Origin: Gemmatimonadota bacterium
GTDB lineage: Bacteria > Gemmatimonadota > Gemmatimonadetes > Gemmatimonadales > GWC2-71-9
DNA: 58,344 nt
Direction of reading: 5' to 3'
Assembly: GCA_034440415.1 (NCBI GenBank)
Contig: JAWXBX010000122.1
Location: forward strand, 1-58,344
In this document: piece after piece, positions 40,424 to 48,049 of the stretch
How positions within the stretch are numbered: the stretch's first letter is position 1
Layout of the letters: each line of letters begins with the position of its first letter
Program-made: the position numbers and the translations under genes
The notes under the pieces: model-generated
What the model was told of the DNA's origin: nothing
Database searches by the model: none
The model's input: only the letters and a program-made list of their open reading frames with translations

Positions 40424-41938
40424 ATGACGATTCCCGGACTGCGCTGGCGGCTGTTCCTGACCTGCTGGGTGCTGTACACGCTGCACTTCGCGACCGACTT
40501 CGCGCGAGAGCATTATCTGGTCATGAGCATCGTCGACGACCACAGCTTCGCGCTCGACAAGTACTACGGCCTGCATGTCGACATCTTCCAGAATCCTCCC
40601 GAGGCACCGGTGCAGGGCGCGCACCACGGCGCCAACCCGGGAATCTCGATGATTGCCGCCGTGCCCTACGCGCTGCTGAAGCCGGCAGTCGACCTCGTCG
40701 TGAACCGGAGCCTGCAGGCGCGCGCGGGCCAGCCCGACGCCACGGTGACCTACCAGGATGACCGCTGGCGCCGGGTCGAGTTCTACAAGAAGGTCCGGGC
40801 GATGGGGCTCGATATCCGCTTCGGGCTGATCGCGGCGATCACACTCGCCCTCTGCATGGCACCGCTCACGGCGCTGAGCGTCGTACTGATGCAGCGCATC
40901 CTGCAGGAGCGCGGCATGTCGGAGCGGACCGCGCTGGCGGGCAGCCTGCTCTACGGACTGGGCACGCCGGTGTTCTTTCGCGCGGCATACCTCAACCAGA
41001 ATCTTGCAATCGCCGCCTTCGCGCTTGGAGCATTCTACCTGTTGTGGGATCCGCTACGCGGGCTCTTCGCCCGGGCGCGCAGCCGCTACCTGCTCGCCGG
41101 CCTGCTGGGCGGAATCTGCCTGCTCAACGACTACAGCGGCGGCGTGGTGCTGGCGGGCCTCGGTCTCTATGGGCTGATCCGCGCGCGTGACGACACCTCG
41201 TGGGGTGAGGCCGTCGGGCTGTCCGCCTGGTTCAGCATCGGCGCAGTGCCACCGATCCTGTTGCTCTGGTTCTACCAGTGGGCCAGCTTCGGCAACCCGT
41301 TCCTGCCGCCACAGAACTGGATGGCGCCGGTCGAGTGGATTGAGGTTGGGTACAAGGGCGTCGGCGGCTTCACCCCGGAACTGTTCCGCATGCTCCTGAT
41401 CGACTCGCGATTCGGCCTCTTCATCACCGCGCCGATGATGCTCCTTGGCCTCGCGGCACCGTGGGTGTGCCACGCGCGCGACGGCTGGCTGCCGCGCCGC
41501 GAGGCGATCTTCTGCCTGCTCTCCAGTCTCGCGCTGGTCGTCTTCTTCAGCTGCGTGCAGTACACCCGCCTCCAGTGGGTGACCGGCATCCGCTACCTTG
41601 CGCCGGTGTTTCCGTTCATGTTCCTCGCGGCCTTTGCCGTGCTGCTCCGGTTGCCGCGCGCGCTGATCGCCGTCATCGCGTTGCTGTCCTTCACGGTCTC
41701 CTGGTGTCTGGCGATGGTCCGAAGCCAGGGGACGGTCTTCGACAACCTGCAACACACCTTCACCGAAGGCTTGCAGCTCCCCTGGCTGACGGTGCTCGGC
41801 AAGACCTCGGCACAGTACCTCCCGGGGCTGCGCGGAGGGGTATCCGCCCTTCCCCTGATGCTGCTGGCCGCAGCGGTGATCTACCTTATCTGGACAGTTC
41901 GATCCCCTTGGGAGCGTCCCGATCCGGCGGCAGGTTGA
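40424..41938 (+). CDS. Polytopic membrane protein, unassigned (possible GT-C-type transferase or polymerase)
   Basis: 504 aa with more than 10 TM helices. N-terminal loop ...FATDFAREHYLVMSIVDDHSFALDKYY...HHGANPG. ATG 40424 lies directly after the preceding stop. Confidence 0.6.
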   Translation: MTIPGLRWRLFLTCWVLYTLHFATDFAREHYLVMSIVDDHSFALDKYYGLHVDIFQNPPEAPVQGAHHGANPGISMIAAVPYALLKPAVDLVVNRSLQARAGQPDATVTYQDDRWRRVEFYKKVRAMGLDIRFGLIAAITLALCMAPLTALSVVLMQRILQERGMSERTALAGSLLYGLGTPVFFRAAYLNQNLAIAAFALGAFYLLWDPLRGLFARARSRYLLAGLLGGICLLNDYSGGVVLAGLGLYGLIRARDDTSWGEAVGLSAWFSIGAVPPILLLWFYQWASFGNPFLPPQNWMAPVEWIEVGYKGVGGFTPELFRMLLIDSRFGLFITAPMMLLGLAAPWVCHARDGWLPRREAIFCLLSSLALVVFFSCVQYTRLQWVTGIRYLAPVFPFMFLAAFAVLLRLPRALIAVIALLSFTVSWCLAMVRSQGTVFDNLQHTFTEGLQLPWLTVLGKTSAQYLPGLRGGVSALPLMLLAAAVIYLIWTVRSPWERPDPAAG

Positions 41939-41959
41939 GGCAGGTTGGGCACGGGGCTC

Positions 41960-41975
41960 TGGTATTGAACTTGCT
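41960..41975 (+). promoter_or_regulatory. Sigma-54 -24/-12 promoter candidate (best match in the window)
   Basis: TGGTATtgaacTTGCT: GG 41961-62, GC 41973-74, perfect TTGCT. It sits in an AT-richer gap upstream of the GT2 gene at 42152. Confidence 0.45.
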
Positions 41976-42151
41976 CGATTAGACTATCATTCATTCGCGC
42001 AAGCCATTTATTCGCAATAGCTTACGGAGTTTCTCCGTGCTCGAGGCAGGCTGGAAGAGTGCCCCGGCCTGTGCGGATGCGGCGCAATCGCCACAGAATG
42101 CAACCGGGGGGTTGCCTCCCGCTATTCCGGCGCAGTCCCAGGAGCCTGTTG

Positions 42152-42964
42152 ATGCCAGCTGATTCTCCCGCCCGTCCAATCCCGAGTGCGCCACCCCTGC
42201 CGGGCGGCAACTTCAGCCTGGATGTCGTCATCCCGGTATTGAACGAAGCCCATGTGCTCGAGAAGAGCGTGCGCAAGGCGCATGACTTCCTCTCCCGCGA
42301 GTTCAGCTGCCGCTGGCGCCTGATCGTCGCCGACAACGGCTCCACCGACGGCACCGACGAAGTCGCCCGCAGGATGATGCAGGAGTTCCCCGAGGTCGCG
42401 CTGCTGCAGCTCTCGCAGCGGGGGCGCGGCCGTGCGCTCCGGCTGGCGTGGAGCCAGAGCACCGCCGACATTGTGGCGTACATGGACGTGGACCTCTCCA
42501 CCGAGCTCGACGCACTGCCCAAGCTGATCACGGCGATCCGCTCGCAGGGCTACGATGTGGCGACCGGCTCCCGGCTGCACCGACTGTCGCATACCACCCG
42601 GGGCTTCAAGCGCGAGTTCATCTCCCGCTGCTACAATCTCTTCATCAAAGCCGTGCTGTGGACGTCGTTCACCGACGCGCAGTGCGGCTTCAAGGCCGTC
42701 TCTCGGCGCGCGGTCGAGGAACTGGTGCCGCAGATCGAGGATCAGGCGTGGTTCTTCGATACCGAACTGATGGTGCTGGCCGAAAAGCAGGGGTACCGCA
42801 TTTTCGACCAGCCAGTGACGTGGGTCGATGATCCCGACAGCCGCGTGCGCATCATGAAGACCGCGTGGGAGGACATCAAGGGTGTGCTGCGGGTGCGCTG
42901 GAAGCTCTGGCGGAACGCCATCACCCCCGTCGCGCGCGCGTCCACGGCTCCATCAAAGCTGTGA
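42152..42964 (+). CDS. Family-2 glycosyltransferase (polyprenyl-phosphate sugar synthase-like)
   Basis: LDVVIPVLNEAHVL...VADNGSTDGT...YMDVDLST. GGAG SD 7 nt upstream of ATG 42152. Confidence 0.85.
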   Translation: MPADSPARPIPSAPPLPGGNFSLDVVIPVLNEAHVLEKSVRKAHDFLSREFSCRWRLIVADNGSTDGTDEVARRMMQEFPEVALLQLSQRGRGRALRLAWSQSTADIVAYMDVDLSTELDALPKLITAIRSQGYDVATGSRLHRLSHTTRGFKREFISRCYNLFIKAVLWTSFTDAQCGFKAVSRRAVEELVPQIEDQAWFFDTELMVLAEKQGYRIFDQPVTWVDDPDSRVRIMKTAWEDIKGVLRVRWKLWRNAITPVARASTAPSKL

Positions 42965-43016
42965 TGAGCCGCAGGCCTCTCTTCCAGCCCGCAGCTCACC
43001 CTCGCTCTCCTGACAT

Positions 43017-43925
43017 ATGCCTGCTCTCTTCCTGACCGGCGGTACCGGGTTCGTTGGACGGGTGCTGCTGGCGCGGCTGCTCGCCCGGCCAGCCGGCGAC
43101 GTCACCTGCCTGGTCCGCGATCCGGCTCGCCTGATCGTCCCGGCCGGCGGCCGGACGCCTCGCGTCGTCGGCGGGGACCTTGGCTCTGTCGAGGCACTCG
43201 CGGAGGCGATGCGGGGGTGCGATGTCGTGCTGCACTTGGCGGCGAGCACGGGAAAGGCGACGGCCGCAGCCCACCAGCGCGCCAACCTCGAGGGCACCCG
43301 CACGCTCATCGCCGCCGCCAAACGGGTCGGCGTCCCGCGCTTTGTCTATGTCAGCACGATCGCCGCCGGCTTCCCCGACCAGCGATTCTACCCCTACGCG
43401 GCCAGCAAGGCGGCCGCCGAGGTTGCCGTCCGAGAAAGCGGGCTCGACTGGACCATTGTCCGACCGACCATCGTGCTCGGACCGGACAGCCCGATTGGCG
43501 TGGCTTTCGCCAAGCTGGCCGGAGGACCTGCCGTGATGATGTTTGGCGATGGCAAGGCCAGGGTCCAGCCCATCGACGTGGGTGACCTGGCCAATGTGCT
43601 GGTCGCGGTACTCGACAGCTCCGCGGTCTCACACGACACGATCGACGCCGGGGGGCCTGAGGAAATCAGCTTCGAGGAGTTGCTTGCCGGCGTCCGCCAG
43701 CGGCTGCGCGGCAGCCGCACACCGGTACTGCATCTCCCCCTGACCCTGCTGCGCTACGCGCTCGCGGCATTCGAACCGTTGCTCTTCTCCGTTCTGCCGC
43801 TGACGGCTGGGCAGCTCGCCGCATTCGCCAACGACAGTGTCGCCCGCCCACACCCGCTGACGACGGCGCTCCGCCCCGGAATGCAATCGGTGGATCAAAT
43901 GCTCGCGACACGCAATCCGGCGTGA
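43017..43925 (+). CDS. NAD(P)-binding SDR-family protein (atypical epimerase/NmrA-like)
   Basis: MPALFLTGGTGFVGRVLL...YAASKAAAE. Confidence 0.75.
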   Translation: MPALFLTGGTGFVGRVLLARLLARPAGDVTCLVRDPARLIVPAGGRTPRVVGGDLGSVEALAEAMRGCDVVLHLAASTGKATAAAHQRANLEGTRTLIAAAKRVGVPRFVYVSTIAAGFPDQRFYPYAASKAAAEVAVRESGLDWTIVRPTIVLGPDSPIGVAFAKLAGGPAVMMFGDGKARVQPIDVGDLANVLVAVLDSSAVSHDTIDAGGPEEISFEELLAGVRQRLRGSRTPVLHLPLTLLRYALAAFEPLLFSVLPLTAGQLAAFANDSVARPHPLTTALRPGMQSVDQMLATRNPA

Positions 43926-44359
43926 TCACCACGGGTCTCAAGCGGGAATGTGAAGTGTTCTGCCGCTATCTCACCGGCAGCGCCCCGACCGATTACGTGG
44001 TCCGGAAGTACCTCGCCGGTCACGCCGCCATGCCGGCTGCCGGAGCACGGGCCGAGCGTCTGGTCGACCGATGGCTGCTCGTCGTGGCACACACCGGATC
44101 CCCAGGCGCACGGCTCGCCGACTCCTACGCCCGCATCCTTCGGCCGCACGGCCCGCTGCGCCACCGGCTGGTTCTCCTGCTGGCCATCCTGGAAAACAGT
44201 CCCGGCTTCCACGAACGCCTGGATCACGCCACCATTGGCTCGCCGGTGAAGATTCTGCTCGAACTCGGGCTTACCGGCATCGGCTTTGTCCTTCGGCTGG
44301 TCCTGGGGCTCGCCTGCTTCGGGCCGGTACACCTGGTCTCCGGCGCCACGCATGACTGA
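43922..44359 (+). CDS. Small hypothetical protein with C-terminal TM segment
   Basis: 145-aa ORF. GTGA overlap with the SDR stop, and an 8-nt overlap with the next gene. No recognisable motif. Confidence 0.45.
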   Translation: MITTGLKRECEVFCRYLTGSAPTDYVVRKYLAGHAAMPAAGARAERLVDRWLLVVAHTGSPGARLADSYARILRPHGPLRHRLVLLLAILENSPGFHERLDHATIGSPVKILLELGLTGIGFVLRLVLGLACFGPVHLVSGATHD

Positions 44360-45962
44360 CATCGTCATCGTTGGCTCCGGTGCGACCGGCGTGCATTTCG
44401 CGCTCTCGGCGCTCAAGAAGGGTCATCGCGTCACGCTGGTGGATGTGGGCCATGAACGCCCCAGTCCGGTCCGCCCCGACCTCTCCTTCAGCGGGCTCAA
44501 GTCCACGCTCGAAGATCCGGTCAGCTACTTCCTGGGGCCCGATACCACCGCGGTCGTCTATCCAGCCGAGGGAGCAAAGTTCTACGGCTTTCCCCCAAGC
44601 AAGGACTACGTCTTCGCCGCGCCGGGGCGCTTCGGCGTGAACTCGGCCGGCTTCGATCCGGTCGTGTCGTTCGCGCGCGGGGGACTGGCGGAAGCGTGGA
44701 CCGGTGGGGTCTATCCTTTCAATGATGCGGAGCTGGCGGCCTTTCCGTTCGGCTACGAGCAGCTGCGGGCGCACTATCAGGAGATTGCCCGCCGCATCGG
44801 GATCTCCGCCGAGCGCGACGACCTGGAGCGGTTCTCCGTCTTCGACGCCGACTACCAGCCCCCGCTCCGCCTCGATCCGCATTCCGAGCGACTTCTCGCC
44901 GCCTACGCCCGTACCCGCGGGGCACTCCACCAGCAGCTCGGCGTCTACCTTGGGCGCTCCCGCGTCGCCACCCTCACGCAGGACCTCGGCGACCGGAAAG
45001 CCTGCGACTATCTTGGCCGCTGCCTCTGGGGCTGCCCCCGGGAATCGCTCTACGCGCCGTCCTACACGCTGCGCGACTGTCAGCGCTTTCCGCAGTTCAT
45101 CTATCGCCCCGGCCTGCTGGTCAGCCACTTCGAATACGACGCCGAGCGGCGCGTCACCGGGCTGGTCGCCGATCCGCTGCCGGAGGGCGCGCGCACGCAG
45201 ATCGGGGGCGACCTCTTCGTGCTTGCAGCAGGGACGCTCTGCTCCTCCAAGCTGATGCTCGACTCCCGCTACCAGGCTACCGGCGAGATTGTCACCCTGC
45301 CCGGCCTGATGGACAATCAGCAGATCATGCTGCCGTTCTTGAACCTGGGGATGATCGGACAGCCGGTGTCCATGGCGAGTTACCAGTTTCACGAGCTGGC
45401 CCTTGGCATGACGGGCAGGACGGAGGCCGACTATGTACACGGGCAGGTGACGACACTGAAAGCCGCGTCGGTCCACCCGATCATGCAGAGCCTGCCGCTC
45501 GATTTCGGCTCGGCCAGCCGCTTCGTCCAGGGACTCCGCGCCGGGCTGGCGGTCGCCAACATCTGGCTGCCTGACCGGCGCGATGATCGCAACACGCTGA
45601 CGCTCACACCGGCGGCGGAGCCCGGCCGGACTCGACTCGTCCTCAGCTACGGCACGGCGGGTCGGGAAACGGATGAAGTGAAGCGGGTGATCCGGACGAT
45701 GGGAAAGGCGCTGCGGAAACTGGGGTGCATCGTGCCACCGGGGATGACCAAGGTCCTGCCGAAAGGAGCGAGCATCCATTACGCTGGTACGCTGCCGATG
45801 TCCCGCACGCCTGCGCCGTTCACCGTGTCGCCCGACTGCCGGAGCTGGGACTACAGCAATCTCATCGTCGCCGACGGGGCGACGTTCCCCTTCCTGCCAG
45901 CGAAAAACCTCACCTTTACGCTCATGGCCAACGCGGTGCGCGTCGCGGACGCGGTGCTGTAG
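44352..45962 (+). CDS. GMC-family FAD oxidoreductase
   Basis: MTDIVIVGSGATGVHFAL. C-terminal GMC_oxred_C-like ...ASIHYAGTLPM...LIVADGATFPFLPAKNLTFTLMANA. Confidence 0.8.
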   Translation: MTDIVIVGSGATGVHFALSALKKGHRVTLVDVGHERPSPVRPDLSFSGLKSTLEDPVSYFLGPDTTAVVYPAEGAKFYGFPPSKDYVFAAPGRFGVNSAGFDPVVSFARGGLAEAWTGGVYPFNDAELAAFPFGYEQLRAHYQEIARRIGISAERDDLERFSVFDADYQPPLRLDPHSERLLAAYARTRGALHQQLGVYLGRSRVATLTQDLGDRKACDYLGRCLWGCPRESLYAPSYTLRDCQRFPQFIYRPGLLVSHFEYDAERRVTGLVADPLPEGARTQIGGDLFVLAAGTLCSSKLMLDSRYQATGEIVTLPGLMDNQQIMLPFLNLGMIGQPVSMASYQFHELALGMTGRTEADYVHGQVTTLKAASVHPIMQSLPLDFGSASRFVQGLRAGLAVANIWLPDRRDDRNTLTLTPAAEPGRTRLVLSYGTAGRETDEVKRVIRTMGKALRKLGCIVPPGMTKVLPKGASIHYAGTLPMSRTPAPFTVSPDCRSWDYSNLIVADGATFPFLPAKNLTFTLMANAVRVADAVL

Positions 45963-46073
45963 CTCCTGCGACCTGGCGGTCATGCACTCGAGTATGGCGC
46001 CCACCGGCAGGCCCGACAGGATATTGCCGCCGAAGGGCGACACTCTCGAACCCGGGGGGTGGCGTGTCGCCTC

Positions 46074-47627
46074 TCAGGCGCGCGCCTTCAGCGTCTGATA
46101 GTCCGTTTTATCCGTCGAGGTGTACGGGATCGCATCCAGCCAGACGTAGGCGTCCGGCGCCATGTAGCGGGGCAGCGCCTCGACCGAAAAGCGCCTGAGC
46201 TGAATCAGCCCCGGCCTGGACTCACCCTTCGCCACCAGGAACGCGGTGATCCTCACCCCCGAGGCGGGGTCTGGAACCGCGACCACAGCCACCTCGACCA
46301 CCTCGGGGTGCCGCGCCAGTCCCGCCTCGATCTCGCCCAGCTCGATCCGATAGCCCCGCCGCTTCACCATCCGGTCGCGCCGACCATGAAAAAGAAAAGT
46401 CCCGTCGGCTTCCTCCACGACGATGTCGCCGGTGTGATACCAGCGGGCGCCGTCCGGGTCGGCCAGAAACGCCGCGGTGTTCCGGTCCGGCAGATTCCAG
46501 TACCCCGTCATGATGCCGGGGCCGCTGATGAGCAGTTCCCCCTCTTCGCCTTTCGGCACCGTACGATCATCAAGGTCTACCACACGGGAGCGGAGGTGCG
46601 AGCAGGTCTTTCCGATCGGGTAGGGGTCGGTGCGCTCCTCCGGAATGACGACGGGAATTTCCTGCGCCGTGCAGACGTTGGTTTCGGTGGGCCCGTAGAG
46701 ATTCCAGTAGACCGGGTGCCGGACAATGCGCTTGAGGGCACGGAGCTGGGGCACCGGGAACACCTCGCCGGCGAACAGCACCAGCCGCAGCGCCGAGAGG
46801 TCCTGCCGCTCCAGCTTGCCGTACTGCGTCAGCATGTTCAGGATCGACGGCGTCGAGTACCACACCGTGATCCGCTGCTCGGCGATCATCGGCGCCAGGG
46901 CGAGCGGTTCCTTGCCCAGATCCTCGCCGATCAGGACGACGCGGGCTCCATGCTTGAGCGGCACGTAGAGGTCGAGAATGGAGAGATCAAAGTGAAAGGG
47001 CGCGTGAGAGGAGAAGACATCCGTCGACGTCGGAGTGAACACTTCGGTACACCAGTCGACGTAGCTGATCGCCGCCCGGTGGGTCAGCATCACGCCCTTC
47101 GGTTTCCCGGTCGATCCCGAGGTGTAGAGAATGTAGGCCAGATCATCGGGGCCGCGCTCGACCGTCCGAGTGACTGGTGGAGTCCCCACCGCCCGGGCGA
47201 TTCCCTGGCCACCCGGGGCAGGCTCGATTGCGAGCGTCCGCGGCTCGTGGCCGAGTGCGGTGAGCTCACCGCGCAGAGCCGTGGCGGCGGATCGCTCGAC
47301 CAGAACCACGCGGACCAGGCAATCCTGGAAGATCGTCGCGGCGCGGGCGGGCGGCGAATGGGGATCCACCGGCACGTAGACCGCCCCTGCCCGAAGCGCG
47401 CCCAATACGACGGCGAGGCTGTCGATGGACTTGGGCAGGTGAAGGCCGACCCGGTCGCCCGGCGCCACGCCCTGCTCGACCAGCCAGTCCTTCACCCGAC
47501 CGGAGAGCGCATCAAGCTGGGCATAGTCGATTGTCCCGCCAGCCGGCTCAACGGCGGCGGGGCGACCGGGATCTCGTGCGGCGGCCCGTTCGAAGAGCAC
47601 CGCGAGAGAGGGCGCGGAGAGAGTCAC
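46074..47627 (-). CDS. Stand-alone NRPS-type adenylation enzyme (DltA/PltF-like aminoacyl-carrier-protein ligase)
   Basis: A3 LAYILYTSGSTGKPKGV, A4 FHFDLS, A5 NLYGPTE, A7 YHTGD, A8 GRRDRMVKRRGYRIELGEIE, A10-like PYTSTDKTDY. GTG start. Confidence 0.9.
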   Translation of the reverse strand: MTLSAPSLAVLFERAAARDPGRPAAVEPAGGTIDYAQLDALSGRVKDWLVEQGVAPGDRVGLHLPKSIDSLAVVLGALRAGAVYVPVDPHSPPARAATIFQDCLVRVVLVERSAATALRGELTALGHEPRTLAIEPAPGGQGIARAVGTPPVTRTVERGPDDLAYILYTSGSTGKPKGVMLTHRAAISYVDWCTEVFTPTSTDVFSSHAPFHFDLSILDLYVPLKHGARVVLIGEDLGKEPLALAPMIAEQRITVWYSTPSILNMLTQYGKLERQDLSALRLVLFAGEVFPVPQLRALKRIVRHPVYWNLYGPTETNVCTAQEIPVVIPEERTDPYPIGKTCSHLRSRVVDLDDRTVPKGEEGELLISGPGIMTGYWNLPDRNTAAFLADPDGARWYHTGDIVVEEADGTFLFHGRRDRMVKRRGYRIELGEIEAGLARHPEVVEVAVVAVPDPASGVRITAFLVAKGESRPGLIQLRRFSVEALPRYMAPDAYVWLDAIPYTSTDKTDYQTLKARA

Positions 47628-47763
47628 GCGCTGGTCGGCTGCGCCGGCCGCTCGTAGCGTGGTCGTGGCGAACGCGCCGGGACCCGACTTCCAGGAAGCT
47701 CGGTCCGCTCGACCAGTCGATGCACACCATCCGCGAGCACCGGATGGGGAAGCGCCCGACGAA

Positions 47764-48027
47764 TCACACCCGTGCGCCGAGCTTGGACTGCACCATGGTC
47801 GCGATGGCGCTTAACGTCCCGAGGTTCGAGGCATCAACTTCGTGCGCCTCGAGGGTGATCGCGAACTGCTTCTCCAGAAACGAGACCAGCTCCAGCGTGG
47901 CCAGCGAGTCCAGAATGCCGCTGGACAGCAGCTCGGTGGTCGGCGTCAGGTTCGCCGGGTCCTCGCCCGGCAGGTGGGTCTGCAGCAGGTATTGTCTGAC
48001 GGACTGGATGATCTGATCGGCGTTCAT
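47764..48027 (-). CDS. Acyl/peptidyl carrier protein
   Basis: 87 aa. Phosphopantetheine site motif SSGILDSLATLELVSFLE. Confidence 0.85.
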   Translation of the reverse strand: MNADQIIQSVRQYLLQTHLPGEDPANLTPTTELLSSGILDSLATLELVSFLEKQFAITLEAHEVDASNLGTLSAIATMVQSKLGARV

Positions 48028-48049
48028 GCCAACTCCGCTTCAATTGGGG

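Noticed and set aside
46036-46071. 8-bp inverted repeat GGCGACAC…GTGTCGCC between the convergent GMC oxidoreductase and A-enzyme genes.
   Set aside because: The loop is 20 nt and there is no T-run on either side. This is too weak to call a terminator.
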